This document shows, piece after piece, positions 14,116 through 28,317 of a DNA stretch of 64,000 nt; the stretch's first letter is position 1, and each line of letters begins with the position of its first letter. The notes under the pieces are model-generated. The model saw only the letters and a list, made by a program, of their open reading frames with translations, did no database searches and was not told the DNA's origin. The translations under genes and the position numbers were made by a program. Origin of the DNA: Octopus vulgaris (lineage: Eukaryota); the NCBI GenBank assembly GCA_951406725.2, contig OX597836.1:32674001-32738000 (forward strand), written 5' to 3'.

Positions 14116-14641
14116 TCTCATTTTGTTTCCAGATAATCAAACTGCTTTTTAGCTTATGGCGAGTTAATTTTGAAGAAATTCTTGATACTTGAGATTTTCT
14201 CACCTTCTTATCTGGAGTTCATTCCTTTAAATACCAAGAGAATGATCCAACATCTCCTGGAAGAAGAGAGAATTTCAGTAAATTAAGAATATATGTTTTA
14301 TGCTAATTAATATACTTTTATTTGCCTTAGTTGTTCAAATATATGACTCTAGCCAATCAGAGCTATTTTGCTTTGCCCATGTTACACATACACACACACA
14401 CACACACATTTTAGCTGATTTTACTTATTAGTTTCATGCATGAGAGTTTGGGAAATCTAATTTCAACACCAACACTCATCAGGAGCAATAGAAAAATATG
14501 ACCTAAGCTTTTTGCGTGTATCAAAATGCCATGCTAGACAAGGGAATTCACCCATACCATATTACATGCGTGATTGCTTCCCTTGACTTATCCAGTCTTA
14601 GTGTCATCTACTTTAAAATGTAGCCGATTTGTTAGTATTAC

Positions 14642-14685
<44 letters not shown>

Positions 14686-15244
14686 CCCTTTCTACTATAT
14701 GCACAAGGCCTGAAATTTTGGAGAGGAGACTAGTCAATTACATTGACCCCCAATATTTCACTGGTACTTAATTTATCAACTCCAAGAAGATGGAAGTCAA
14801 AGTCAACCTTGACGAAATCTAAACTCAGAACGTAGTGGCAGACGAAATACTACTAAGTATTTCGTCTATCATGGGTAGTTTGCCTTTCAGCTCTTTCAGA
14901 ATCGATAACATAAGTACCATGAGTTGGTAACTGGAGTTGATATAATTGACTTACTCCCTTCCCAAAACTGCTGGCATTGTGCCAAAATCTTAAACCATTA
15001 TTATTATTATCAAAGGCTGTGAGCTGGCAGAATCGTTATGTGCTGGGCGAAATGCTTATTATTATTATTATTATTATCATTATTATTATTATTATCATTA
15101 TTATTCAAATTCCACCTAGGTCGACATTGCTTTTCACCCTTCCAGGGTTGATAAATTGAGTTCTAGTGAAACACCGGGGTCAATGTAATCAACGAGACCC
15201 CCTTCCCACCCCAAATTTCAGGCCTTGTGCCTTTAGTAGAAAGG

Positions 15245-15283
<39 letters not shown>

Positions 15284-15751
15284 TAAGGCAAAACTTTTAG
15301 CTTGCTGGGCAAAATGCTTCATGGTATTTCATCCACCCTTACGTTTTGAGTTCACATTCTACCAAGGACAACTTCACCTTTCATCCTTTTAGGGTCAATA
15401 GATTAAGTACCAGTGATTGACTTAACCCCTACCCCCAAAATTTCAGGCCTTGTGCCTTTAGTAGAAAGAATTATTATTAAAGCAGCTAGCTAACAGAATC
15501 ATTAGCATGCTGGGCGAAATGCTTAGCAGTATTTCGTCTGTCTTTACGTTCTGAGTTCAAATTCCACCCAGATCAATTTTGCCTTTCATCCTTTCGGGGG
15601 TCAATAAACTAAGGACCAGTGAATTTCTGGTATCGATGTAATCGATTTCCCCACTCTCTGAAATTGCTGAACTTGAGGTAAAATTTGAACGCATCATCAA
15701 TATCATCATCATCATCATCATCATTATTGCTATTGTTGTCGATTATTTTAG

Positions 15752-15886
15752 GTATTCCCTCATGAGCTTGAAAACCAGCATGAATACAACAACTTCACTG
15801 ACTGGTTACACACGTTTGAGTTGTATCGAGGAAAGAAAGTGAGTGGCGATGATGCAGATGAAAGCAGAGTTGTTGGGAAATTCAAA
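15752..15886 (+). CDS. OTOF: Otoferlin-like (type-II ferlin) exon, [45 protein letters not shown]
   Basis: tttttag acceptor and gtaagt donor, 135 nt, phase 0/0. Matches the recalled otoferlin segment VYPKELE...FEDWLHTFNLLRGK...RIVGRFK. Confidence 0.93.
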
Positions 15887-16107
15887 GTAAGTACACATAT
15901 GCAAATACACATACATACACACACACACACAAACACATATGTATACATGCACACACACATTTATACATACACAGACACATGAATGCATGCACTCACACAC
16001 ACATGTGCATGTGCACACATGCTCACATATATATGTACATATACACAAACAAGCATGCAGACACACATGCGCACTGACACGTACATACACGTGCACACAC
16101 AGGCACT

Positions 16108-16162
<55 letters not shown>

Positions 16163-16197
16163 CAGGTTCTTGTTAATTTTATTACCTTGAAAATTTA

Positions 16198-16396
16198 TAC
16201 AGCATTTTCCAGCATACAAGTCAAATTTTTCCGACCAAAATTTACAACCAAAAGAAGGTTAAATGAATTTATACGTCAAGACGACTTTGGAGGACCCAAA
16301 ATTTCAAGTAAAATGCATCAGGATTTGGAAAGATTTTGGGATGATTATTGAATATTCACACACAACTTATGACCTGTATGCTGGAAAATTCACTAA
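16198..16396. mobile_element. MITE with ttttccagcatacaagtc TIRs (related copy at about 13650-13843)
   Basis: ttttccagcatacaagtca ... tgacctgtatgctggaaaa; the same inverted termini occur at 13660-13836. Confidence 0.55.
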
Positions 16397-16814
16397 CTTT
16401 AACCTCAATTCCATGCTACAGTAAGGAAGTCCTTCTGATCTAACCACAGGATTTAATTTAATAACAACAAAGTTAAATACTTATCGATATGATGATGGTA
16501 GTTTCTTGTGGTCTGATAAACATGCTTCTGCAATTCCTTGCTGAAAGACCTGCGCAACTGATTTTGTTTATAGTGATTAAATGTATCTGCCATACATTGA
16601 CTCACTCCATCCATCAAATCAATGTTACCTAAACACGTGCACAGTGTACCATGCATCAGGTGTTGAAATGATGACATAGTTACCTGAGATGAAGTGTTTT
16701 GCTCAAGAACACAATGCACCACCCGGTCTAGGAATTGAAACCATGATCTCGTCATTGTGAAGATAAAGCCCTAACCACTGGACTATGCATCTTTGACATT
16801 GGCTACAATATTGT

Positions 16815-17630
16815 GTTTGAATATTATTTTTGAATCTGTACTTCTTTATAGCTTTTCTGCATGGACATTAAACAAGAGACCTGATAAGGAGCTTGACAGT
16901 ACATACATGAGAATGCTTTATGCTGTTCTTGATCTTTCTAGGTAGCACAACCCTACAAAGCAGCAACTATGTGGCAGTCTTCCTGCTATCATCTTAGTAA
17001 TCAGAGAAAGGAGATTATATTATGCACGATGCTGCTGGAGAAGCAAGGGGGACATACCTAGCAATATCATTCAGTGGAAACCCACCCATGGACATACTCT
17101 TTTTACTCTTTTACTTGTTTCAGTTATTTGACTGCGGCCATGCTGGAGCACCGCCTTTAGTCGAGCAAATCGATCCCAGGACTTATTCTTTGTAAGCCCA
17201 GTACTTATTCTATCGGTCTCTTTTGCCGAACCGCTAAGTGACGGGAATGTAAACATACCAGCATCGGTTGTCAAGCAATGCTAGGGAGACAAACACAGAC
17301 ACACAAACACACAAACATACACACGCACATATATATATATACATACATATATACGACAGGCTTCTTTCAGTTTCCGTCTACCAAATCTACTCACAAGGCT
17401 TTGGTTGGCCCGAGGCTATAGTAGAAGACACTTGCCCAAGATGCCACGCAGTGGGACTGAACCCGGAACCATGTGGTTGGTAAGCAAGCTACTTACCACA
17501 CAGCCACTCCTGTAGATATTGGCAAACCTAGAAGAGCATATATTGATCAATTTATGGGAGACATGGGATATCAGATTGAGGATATGAAGACTGCTATGAA
17601 AGATCAAGGCATTCGGTATTGAAGAGTTAT
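16815..17630 (+). mobile_element. 3' fragment of a second RTE-like LINE, split by a SINE
   Basis: Translates as AWTLNKRPDKELDSTYMRML...PTKQQLCGSLP...RERRLYYARCCWRSK...WKPTHGH and resumes after the SINE as GKPRRAYIDQ...EDMKTAMKD, typical of the RTE ORF C-terminus. Confidence 0.7.
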
Positions 17631-18615
17631 ATTGATCCAGACATGACCAACAAACTGACACTCCATTGGTTATGACTGTGAGAGTTCCAGTTAATCCGAT
17701 CAATGGAACAGCCAGCTTGTGACATTAATGTGCAAGTGACTGAGTACTCCACAGATACGTGTACCCTTAATGTAGTTCACAGAGAGGTTCAGCATGACAC
17801 AGAATGTTACAAGATTGACCCTTTGAATACCAGGCACAACTCATTTTTGCCAGCTGAGTGGACTGGAGCTATGCGAAATAAAATGTCTTGCTCAAGGACT
17901 CAACACACCACTGGATATTGAACTCATGACCTTACAACAGTGTGCCAAATGCCCTTACCACTATGCCACGTGTGTCTTCAACCAAGCAGTCCATCGAAAG
18001 AAAATTTTGAAGACCATGTTTTTATTATAGTTGCCAGATCTGGTGGAAGGTGACAAGGTCCCCAGGTTCCACAGGCCATCAAAGACAACTACCCGTTAAT
18101 GTTCGATTTGATCTACTCTAAGTCAACACCAGTGGAAAAAATGCCATGACAAGTAATTTTAGCTGTCATTTCCAGCAGGTCGATCAACATCGAAGTGGTT
18201 TCTTCTTTGTCTCATCGAGAATATATACTTGATGTTGTTATTGTTGTTTAGCTCCAGGTTGGCCCTTGTCAGGCGATATATGATCAGAGATAGCCCTGTT
18301 GTGGACCTTGTTTCATACACAGTATAACTAGGACTATATCTACATCTCTCGGTAGTTTCTTAACATTTGCTAAGATGATACGATGTTATAAGCAGTAGAT
18401 TTAGCTGTTATTTTTAGCATGTAGCCGATCGGGCAGAGGTTTACATATAGCTTTTTCGATTGAATTTGCCAACCTATTCAAGAACAGTAACTCGTGTAAA
18501 AATATTTAAAGTTATCTCCCTTATACAAAACGAGCGAATTTTTGAAGTTTTGGGCTGAATTTTATCGGCTTACAAATGTAACTCTCCTGAAAGACACATT
18601 TTTAAATCTTTACAA

Positions 18616-18800
<185 letters not shown>

Positions 18801-18986
18801 TCCCCTGTCTGTCTTTCTCTCTCTGTATCTCTTTTGTTTTTTCGAAAGCATAAATGTCAGAAATAATAATAATAACAATAATAATAATAATTATCATTAT
18901 TGTTATTGTTGTTGTCATTGGTATTGTTGTTGTTCCTGCTGCTAAATCATCAGTAAATTTTAACTTCTGTTTATTTTTATTTTTAG

Positions 18987-19130
18987 GGTTCTTTAAAAAT
19001 CTACAAGATCCCTCTCCCACCTGACATAGAAGATACGACCATCACTGGAGGCGACCCACAGTACGGCCTTTTCCAAGGTTTACCAAGCAACGACCCTATC
19101 AAGGTGTTAGTGAGAGTTTATATTGTCAAG
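18987..19130 (+). CDS. OTOF: Otoferlin-like exon, [48 protein letters not shown] (start of C2 domain)
   Basis: Polypyrimidine tract with ttttag, donor gtatgt, 144 nt, phase 0/0. Matches the recalled GSLCVYKVPLP...[23 protein letters not shown]. Confidence 0.95.
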
Positions 19131-19139
19131 GTATGTGTT

Positions 19140-20150
19140 ATATGTCTTACAGGAAACCTTTATAACTTACAGGGGGTGCATTGAATAAAAAGTAAAGATA
19201 TGAATGACTGAGATCATAGGAGTCCTACATAGAAACCCCTACAAGGACCATTGAATCAAATGTAAGTGTTAATGGGTGCCCTATAGGAAAACCTCTATCA
19301 CTTTTGTGGGGACCATTATATCAAGGGTGAAGATGTGAATGGCTGAGATGATATGGACCTTACATAGAAGTCCCTGTAACTTAAGGGTCATTGTATCAAA
19401 CTTGAGTGTTGATAGGGGTTTTACCAAGGAAACTCTAGCTTAGGGGCCAGAGAGTGAATGGTTTTAGATGATAGGGGCCTTATTCCAAAACCTTAGGGAT
19501 CAACTCGAAAGTAAAAATGTGAATGGCTGAGATGACAGGGACCTTACACAGAAACACTATGACTTGAGCCCATTGAATCAAACGTGGTAGGTGTCTTTTG
19601 GAGTACCTCTACAGTTTAAGGGCCATTAAAGCAAATATGAGACTATGAATGGTTAAAGTGATAGGTATCTTACATACAAACCCTATAACTTAAGGACCAC
19701 TTAGTCAAACATGTTCAGTCATAAGTGTCTTATAAAAGAAACTCTATAACTTTTTAAGGGACCATTAACTCAGGAGTGAAGATATGAATGACAGATGATA
19801 GGGACCTTACACAGAAACCCCTATAACTTACAGACCATTGTGTCAAACTCAACTGTTGATAGGGGTTTTATCAAGTAAACTTTGTAGTTTAGGGTCCAGT
19901 GAAGTGAATGTGAGAAAATGAATGGCTTAGATGATAGGGTCTTATATTGAAACCCCTGTAACTTTTATAGGAACCATTAACTTGAAAGTAAAAATGGTGG
20001 ATGGAGAGATGATAGGGAGGTTACAGAGAAACTCCAACAGCTTAAGGACTATAGGGCCAAATGTGAAAGTTCATGTCTTACAGGGGAACCTGTATGGTTT
20101 AGGGGGCCATTGTAATAAAGGTGAAGAGGGTAAGTGGCTGAGATGAAAAT
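19140..20150. repeat. Old diverged minisatellite (about 65-bp subunits, about 130-bp dimer)
   Basis: The recurrent motif gaatggctgagatgatagggaccttacacagaaacccctataactt..gaccattg occurs about nine times. Confidence 0.7.
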
Positions 20151-20479
20151 TATGCCAGAAAACTGGGAGGTTCATAGTTCAAATCCAGTCCCTCATCATC
20201 ATCACCATCATCATCATCAACATTGTTTCAACACTTTTTTAAAAGATGTGTCAAAACAATTGTAGTCGTTTTTAATAAAAAAAAATGTCGTTCATTCCAT
20301 TTTCTATTGGTTATCTGTTTACATGTGTGTGTGTGTGTGTGTATGTGTGTGTGTATGTGTGTGTGTGTGTGTGTATGTGTGTGTGTGTGTGTATGTGTGT
20401 GTGTGTGAGTGTATGTTGAGGTGCTGAAAAGCTCCTGGCTTTGAGTAAAAGAAAATACAGGAAGATCAGTTAAGTATGA

Positions 20480-20895
20480 TACCAGAATCGTTAGCATGCT
20501 GGGCAAAATGCTTTGTGGCATTTCATCTGTTCTTACATTCTGAGTTCAAATTCTGCCGAGGTCGCATTTGCCTTTCATCATTTCAGGGTCGATAAATTAA
20601 GTACTAGTTGCATGCGGGGGGGTTGATCTAATCAACAGACCCCATCTCCAAAATTTTGGGGCCTTGTGCCTAGAGTAGAAAAGAATCATTAGCATGCCAG
20701 GTAAAATGCTTAGCGATATGTCACCTGTCACTACAAACTGAGTTCAAATTATACTGAGATTGACTTTGCCTTTCATCCTTTCGGGGTCGATAAATTAAGT
20801 GCCAGTGAAACACTGGGGTCGATGTAATCAGCTTAATCCCTTTCTCCAAATTTGAGGCCTTGTACCTTTAGTAGAAAGGATTATTATTATTATTA

Positions 20896-20938
<43 letters not shown>

Positions 20939-21150
20939 GGCAAGCTAGTAGAATATTTAGCATGTCAGACAAAATGTTTTGCAGCATTTCGGCAGTCTTT
21001 ATGTTCTAAGTTCAAATTCCACTGGGATTGACTTTACCTTTCATCCTTTTGGGGTCGATAAATTAAGTACCAGTTACATACTGAGGTTGATATAATCAAC
21101 TTACCCCAACCCAAAACTGCTGTCTTTGAGCCTAAATTTGAAACCATTTA
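20480..21150 (+). mobile_element. Tandem cluster of SINE family 2
   Basis: Repeated gaatcgttagcatgctgggcaaaatg...gagttcaaattc...gcctttcatcctttcggggtcgataaattaagtacc...gtagaaaggattattatt. Other clusters at about 1360-1780, 2370-2830, 14680-15700 and 36680-37095. The central block resembles the Deu/Nin-type SINE domain (from memory). Confidence 0.75.
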
Positions 21151-21925
21151 CAATCTGAAGCTATCTATCTATCTATTCATCCGTTCAGTCGAAGTCGACT
21201 CTCAGTTACTCGTTGGATCAGTGTCCTCCAGTCAGTTCTATCCTGGGCCGCTTCTTTCAGATTGGCTATGTCCATTCCGGTATCACTCTTGATGGTGTCA
21301 AGCCAGTGGGTTCTTGGTCGGCCTCTTCCTCTCTTGCCACTGACCATTCCGAGCATGATGTCCTTCTCCAGGGATTTTCTCTGCAGATTAATACTTCTTG
21401 TATTTAACGTTTTTTGGGGGGTTTTTTTTATTGATTTGGTATGTTTTAGCCTAAGCTTTTAGTACATTTGCCCTAAACTTGACATGTTTAGCATTTAAAA
21501 TATATATCCATAACCATTGGATATTCATGTATTTATAGATATTTCTCTGTAGCATTCCTACATTTGCATTTATGAATAACTGACCTCTTTTTTTTTCTAT
21601 TTTTTTAATTACTTTTCATTTAACATTTGTATGTTTGTGTAACTTGTCAATTCCAATTACATGTTATAGGCACAGGCGTGGGCATGTGATAACAAATGGG
21701 CTTCTCATCCACATGGTTCCAGGTTCAGTCCCACTGTGTGGCACCTTGGACAAGTGTCTTCTACTATAGCAGAACCAAAACCTTGTGAGTGGATTTGGTA
21801 GACAGGAACTGAAAGAAGCCTGCTGTATATATACATATATATCTATATATACATACATACATATAAATATATATATATAATACACACACACACACATATA
21901 TGCACATATATATGTGTGTGTGTAT

Positions 21926-21996
21926 AAGTGTGTGGTTCAGTGGTAGAATGCTCGCCTGCCATGTGGGCAGCCCAGGTTTGATTCCTGGCCAATGCA
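21926..21996 (+). pseudogene. tRNA-Gly(GCC) pseudogene
   Basis: gtggttcagtggtagaatgctcgcctGCCatgtgggcagcccaggtttgattcctggccaatgca matches the eukaryotic tRNA-Gly-GCC. The 5' acceptor strand is replaced by aagtgt and several CpGs have decayed, including the B-box TTCG to TTTG. Confidence 0.85.
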
Positions 21997-23110
21997 CAGG
22001 TTTCTTTTTATAGGTGCAGGAGTGGCTGTGTGGTAAGTAGCTTGCTTACCAACCATATGGTTCCAGGTTCAGTCCCACTGTGTGGCACCTTGGGCAAGTG
22101 TCTTCTACTATATCCTCAGGCTGACCAAAACCTTGTGAGTGGATTTGGCAGACGGAAACTGAAAGAAGCCTGTTATATATATGTATATATGTGTGTGTAT
22201 ATGTTTGTGTGTCTGTGTTTGTCCCCCCGCCCCAACATCGCTTGACAACCGATGCTGGTGTGTTCATGTCCCCATAACTTAGTGGCTTGGTAAAAGAGAC
22301 CAATAGAATAAGTACTAAGCTTACAAAGAATAAGTCCTGGGGTCGATTTGCTCGACTAAAGGCAGTGCTCCAGCATGGCCACAGTCAAATGACTGAAACA
22401 AGTAAAAGAGTATATGCATAGATATATATATTTTTTAAAGGGTTGACTGTGAATTCGTCCTTTAACTGGATTAGTTTCCAAAAAATTTCTAACGTCGTTT
22501 CTTCATACTTTACTTTGAATTTACAGGTGTAAATTAGCATAGATATGGAAATTTATATAGGTATATTAAGTATATGATTTGACTTATAAGACAAAGTTCA
22601 ACAAATTCAATCATATTTATCGTAAATGGAGGAGATTAGATGTTAATATGAATTGAAATTATTTTTATTCATGTAGCTGTACAATTGTTTCATACAGAAA
22701 GGCAATAAATTCATTTTAAGAATCTGGGTTGTCAAAGAGTATTCGTCAGTAGCAAAAATTAAGGAACGGTAAAAAAGAAAAGCTAAAAAGACGTTAGAAT
22801 TACATAGGTATGGTGTTCATAATGTGTAAGTGTTCTTAGAGTCATGTCTATTTAAAACAAGACTCTTGTTTTAGGCATGACTCCATACAAAAGTTATCAT
22901 AGGCTCATCAAACAAATATAACTCGTCAAGCTTGTAGAATTGAATAAGAAGGAGTCCAAGACAGCTTTTAAGCACTGTGCTTAATTATCAATTTAGCAGT
23001 AACATCAATTCCTGTTCAGAATTTTAGGCCCACACGCTTGTACAAGATATTTATAGGGTGACACTATCTCTAAGGGTAGAGGGTTTTACTAGCAACATAG
23101 ATTTTATATA

Positions 23111-23750
23111 CACAGGGTGCGAAAGATATTTGAGGACAGATTTATGTTTATAAAAAAAAACAGATATGATATAACAGGTAATCAAAAAATGCTATGAGGA
23201 TAAAAATAAACCTTCTTTTCTATAATGTTATTCAATAAAGCCACTTTCATCTTCACCAACTGCTTCTATATGAGATCTAAATCATCTACATGCTCAAATC
23301 AAGTGGTCCTGGTTCATTTTGGATATTACTTTGATAATGGCAGCTTTCAAAGAATCTTTAATGTTATGGGCATATTCATTGACCTCTCTCTCAACAATGC
23401 TCCACATGTAATAATCCAATGGATTAAGATCTGGGGAATTAGGAGGCCAAATGTTAAGGGTTATGTGATCATAAAAATCTTCAGCTATCCATTCCTGTGT
23501 TACTAGAGCCATGTGGGATAGCGCAAAGTCTTACTGAAACACATTTGGCCTTCCATTGCATACACTGTCTATCCAGGGCTTAACAATTATTTCCAGGACC
23601 TCAATGTAGGTGGCAGAGTTAACTCTAAGGCCTTGTGGAAAGAAGTAAGGAGGCATCGCGTGTCCTTCATTGCTGACAACCCCTGAAACCATGACAGTTC
23701 CAGGAAATTTTGTATGCATAACACTTGGAACTTCACAAGGGTCTGAAAAA
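23111..23750 (-). mobile_element. Tc1/mariner-superfamily DD37D (maT-type) transposase relic
   Basis: VFQ*DFALSH...WPPNSPDLNPLD with exactly 37 residues between the second and third catalytic Asp. One in-frame stop; CAGGGTG-type terminus at 23113. Confidence 0.85.
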
Positions 23751-24603
23751 AATTGTCAGAATATTTAGTGTATTGTAGAAGTAGTAGCAATTTATTGTAC
23801 CTAAACTCTAACAACAAAATCTTATATGGACCCTAAAGGGTTATATGGGCCCCTGTTGGGAACCACTGAGCTGAACCCATCAAGGTGGTGCCCCAGCATG
23901 GCTGGAATCCAATGACTGAAACAACTCAAAAACAAAAGCAAAAAAAAAAAGCAAGAGAAAAATAGGGTCTGTCATTGTTCTATGAGGGTGGTCTTGGGTA
24001 GGTAAGGTAAGGGCCAAACAACAAGTGATATTTCTAACCTACCAAACACTCCTTCTTCCCCCTCCACTCTCACCTAAGGAGCCCTACCTTCCCACCTTTT
24101 ACCATTGTTATTCATTCATTCAGTGCTCTGACTTGACAGCCTCTCATCCCCAAAAACTGACTTCTTTCCAAACAATAGAAACAAACTATTTGCCTTTATC
24201 AAAAGCCACATAGCAGCCTATCCTTGCCTTCCTTTCCTTCTTTCTTTCTTTCTTCCTTTCCTTCTTTCTCTTCCTTTCTTTCTTTCTCTTTCTTTCTTTC
24301 TCTCTCTCTCTCTCTCTTCTTCTTCTTCTTCTTCTTCTTCTTCCTCTCTTTCACTTTGTGTTTCTTTCTTTCTTCCACCTTGCTTTTCTTTTTTCTTTCT
24401 TCCTTTCTATCTTTCATTCATTCATTTGTTCTGTAGTCCTTCCTTCCTTCCTTCCTTCTTTTTTACTTCACTCTTTCTCTCTTCCTTTCTTCCCTTCCTT
24501 CCTTCTTTCTCTTCTTTCTGTCTTCTTCCTTCTGTTCATTCCTTCTTTCTTTCCTTCCTTCTTTCTTTCCTTCCTTCCAAGTCAGAGAATGTAAGAATCA
24601 TAG

Positions 24604-24658
<55 letters not shown>

Positions 24659-25619
24659 GGTGGTGGTGGTGGTGGTGGTGGTGGTGGTGGTGAGCTTCCC
24701 ATTGTTTGTGGTTAGAAATATGTAATTATAATATTTATGGCATGTCTAGCTGTGTGCTAGCAAAAGACAGACACCCCTACCCCTCTTCCACCCTCCCTTC
24801 CTCTTTCCTCCCCACCCTGAAGAAGAAGACAGGGCATAGAGTGACTGGGTGGGGAGTAAAGAGACTGGTCACTGACATACACCCCATGTTATTGTTTTTT
24901 TTTATATTATTTTGCTCTGTCCCTTTATTTTTGTTTCTTTGAAGGAAGGTCTCCCCACCCCACTCTCTCCCTCCACCACCCCTTCTCACCATCCCTACAC
25001 TTTTTGCTTCATTTTATTGTTTTGTTATTTACCAAGGGGTTTCTTTATTGGCCACAAGGGCTGAACACAAAAACAAATATGGACAATACAAAACAAGGGA
25101 CACACATAAAAAAAACCCACATAAACAATAAAATAACAATGACAACAAGAAAATTCTAACAACTGTAATTTCTAATAGTTGGGACTTCCACCCAGGGCCA
25201 ACCAACCAAAGCACCCCACACATCTTGGTTACCCTGACCACTAAGAGCACCTCTTTACCTCTAAACCACTTGGGGCCTACAAGTGAGAATGTTCAGGACA
25301 AATTGTCTGTTGGTTCCTAACTTATATACTCTCTTTTCTATTTTACTTTCTTTCTTCCTGTTTCTCTCTTTCCCTTTTTCTCTTTGATTCCCCCTCTCTT
25401 TCTCTCTCTGTTTATCTTTCCTCTCTCTCTTCCATTCTCTCTCTGTTTATCTTTCCCCTCTCTCTCTCTTTATTTGTTTATCTTTCCTCTTTCACTCCTC
25501 TCTTTCTCTCTCCTTTCTTTTCTCTTTACCTTTCATTCAATCTTTATTTGTTTTCATTTCTTTCTAACTTTTTTCTTTTTCAGTCAACTTTTTTCATTCT
25601 CACACCAAATCTTTCTCTT

Positions 25620-25662
<43 letters not shown>

Positions 25663-26578
25663 TCTCTCTTTCCATCTCTCTCCTTCCCTTTCTCCATCTT
25701 TCTCTCCCTCTCCCCACCACCAGTCTCTTTCTCATACATCCTTTTCAACCCATGGCATGGGTTGGACAGTTTGACAGGAGCTGACCAGCTGAGGAGCTGC
25801 ACCAAACTCCAGTCTGATTTAGCAAGGTTCTTAAAGCTGGATGCCCTTCCTAACACCAACCACTTTACAGAGTGTACTGGATGCTTTTACACAGCACCCA
25901 GTACAGGTGTATTTAAATGGCACCAGCACAGGTGCTTTTTACGTGGCACTAGTACCCATGAGCCTGCAAGGTTAGAAATCTGTCACCTGCATCTCAGCTG
26001 GAGCGAGATGCAGGTGACAGCCTGTATGCAAGAATAACCATGCTTTTACTTAGCTCAACATATCTTTCCAAGCACACTAAACAGCCAGGAGCCTCAGTCC
26101 CCTGTCATCCCCTCTATGAGTCCCAACGTCTGTACATCTTTTCTCACCACTTCATCCCACATTCTCTTGGATCTAATTCTTTTACGTTTGTTTCTTTTAC
26201 TTCTTTCACACATTTCACTGCAGCCATGCTGGAGCACCACCTTTAGTCGAATAAATTGACCCTAAGACTTATTCTTTGCAAGCCTAGTACTTATTCTATC
26301 ATTCTCTTTTGCCAAACCACTAGGTTACAAGGATGTAAATACACCAAAAAAGTGATGGTGGAGGGGGACAAATACTGACACACAAGCACACATACAAACA
26401 TGCATGCACACACACACACACACACACACATGTACACAATGGGCTTCTTTCAGTTCCTGTCAACTAAATTCACTCACAAGGTTTTGGTCAGCCCGAGGCT
26501 ATAGTAGAAGACACCCAAGGTGCCATGGAATGGGACTGAACCCTTAGACGGTTATTTTAACCTCTGACTTCGCTACCC

Positions 26579-26627
<49 letters not shown>

Positions 26628-26998
26628 ATGTATGTAGAGATGGATGGATGGATGGATGGATGCATCTATTAGTATAAATTCCATGGGCTATTTTAATTAT
26701 TTCTCAGTCTGACATTACTCCCTTTTCTGTTTCAATTTGATATCCGTTTTTTACTCTCTCTCTCTCTTTCTGATATCTAATATATCAGAAAGCAATATCA
26801 TCATCATAATCATCCTAATCATCATCATCATAGTCATCATAATTATTATCACCCTCGTCATCGTTAACTTTCTTATTTTCATCTTGATTGTCATCATTCA
26901 AAACTCATAAATCAAATATAAACAATGACGTTATGGACTTCAACTAATGGCAATATATTTAATGCTTAATGGTATCCCTATGTTTAATAATTTCACAG

Positions 26999-27126
26999 GC
27001 GAATGACCTTCATCCTTCTGATATTAATGGAAAAGCAGATCCGTACCTTGTTATAAGACTTGGCAAAACCGTCATTAATGGAAAGGACAACTACATATCG
27101 AAACAACTGAATCCTGTCTTTGGCAA
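26999..27126 (+). CDS. OTOF: Otoferlin-like exon, [42 protein letters not shown](K), C2 domain
   Basis: tttcacag acceptor and gtaagt donor, 128 nt, phase 0/2. Carries the ferlin C2 motifs DINGKADPY and [13 protein letters not shown]. Confidence 0.96.
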
Positions 27127-27700
27127 GTAAGTGCGCAGTTCAACTTAGTCCTTTTTTATATTTAACTCTTTTATTACCATATTTCAATTGAAAAGTACTG
27201 CTTTTATTCTTTTATTAATTCCAAAAAATAATGAAGAATTCAATAAAATAACTTTGTTGTTACTAAGCTGGTGTTTGGAAGATAAATAAACCTGAAAGTT
27301 TCATGGAAGGTTTAGATTTAGATCACTTTAACCCTTTTGTTACCATATTTAAACTTTTAAAAAACACTGTTTTTGCTTCTATTAATTTTGAAAATTATGA
27401 AGAATTTAGTAAAATAATTTTGGCATTGTTAAGCTGGTGTTTGGAACATAAATCAAAGTGAAATTGTGATGAAAGGTTTAGTTAGATCCTTTAACCATTT
27501 TGTTGCCATATTTCAATTGAAAAACACTGTTTTTATGTCTATTAACCCTTTCAATACCAACCCGGCTGAAACCACCTTTGACTCTTTAGTACAAATGTCT
27601 TGTTTTCAAAAGATCTGAATTAAAATCTTCCACCAAACCTTAGTCACAATTTATGTTCCTAACACCAGCTTAATGATAACTAAGTTATTTTACTAAATTC

Positions 27701-27905
27701 TGTAGTGTGATGGAGGAAAAAGACAACAGAAAAAGAAGCAAAAGAGAGAAAGAAATACAGAGACTTTACCTGTTGACCTAGGCAGGATGAGCTACGCATG
27801 CCCCCGTGACTCTTCTGCTGGCCCCAGCAGTCTTCACCTCCGTTTACCTCATCTGCAATCCTCTCCACCAACACCACATAGCTCATCACAGCCCATAACA
27901 CCACA
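27701..27905. mobile_element. Solo LTR (205 bp)
   Basis: TGTAGTG...CACCACA termini flanked by a perfect 5-bp TSD, AATTC (27696-27700 and 27906-27910). Confidence 0.75.
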
Positions 27906-27914
27906 AATTCTTTA

Positions 27915-28317
27915 TTTATATATATAAAACTGAAGTTGTCTGTGTGTGTGTGTGGCAGGTTTGGTAGCCTTCAACTAACACTATCTCCTCCGAGACCCTG
28001 CGACGCAAGTTGACCAAAATTGGGAGTATGATAGAAGAAGGCTTGCTCTTCATTCCATAGAAGACAAAATTCAAATTGGACCATGTTAAGACCAAAAATT
28101 ATTTACATCAAAAAGGTGGGGTTTTTTCTATGAAAATCCCTATTTTTTACAATTTTTTTACTGCTTTGTCGCCATTTTTTGGTGTATTTCAACCAGAAAA
28201 ATGTTCACTTAAAGAGATTAACAAGCTACATAATGCAAAATTTTTACTTTTCAAAAATTCCAATTCTAAAGGGTCGAAAAGAAAACAAACCCGAGCAACG
28301 CCAGGCTATACTGCTAG
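27915..28317 (+). mobile_element. Non-autonomous Helitron
   Basis: 5' t(t)tatatatataaaa end, 3' hairpin cccgagcaacgccagg then CTAG; inserted at A|T without a TSD. Confidence 0.75.
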
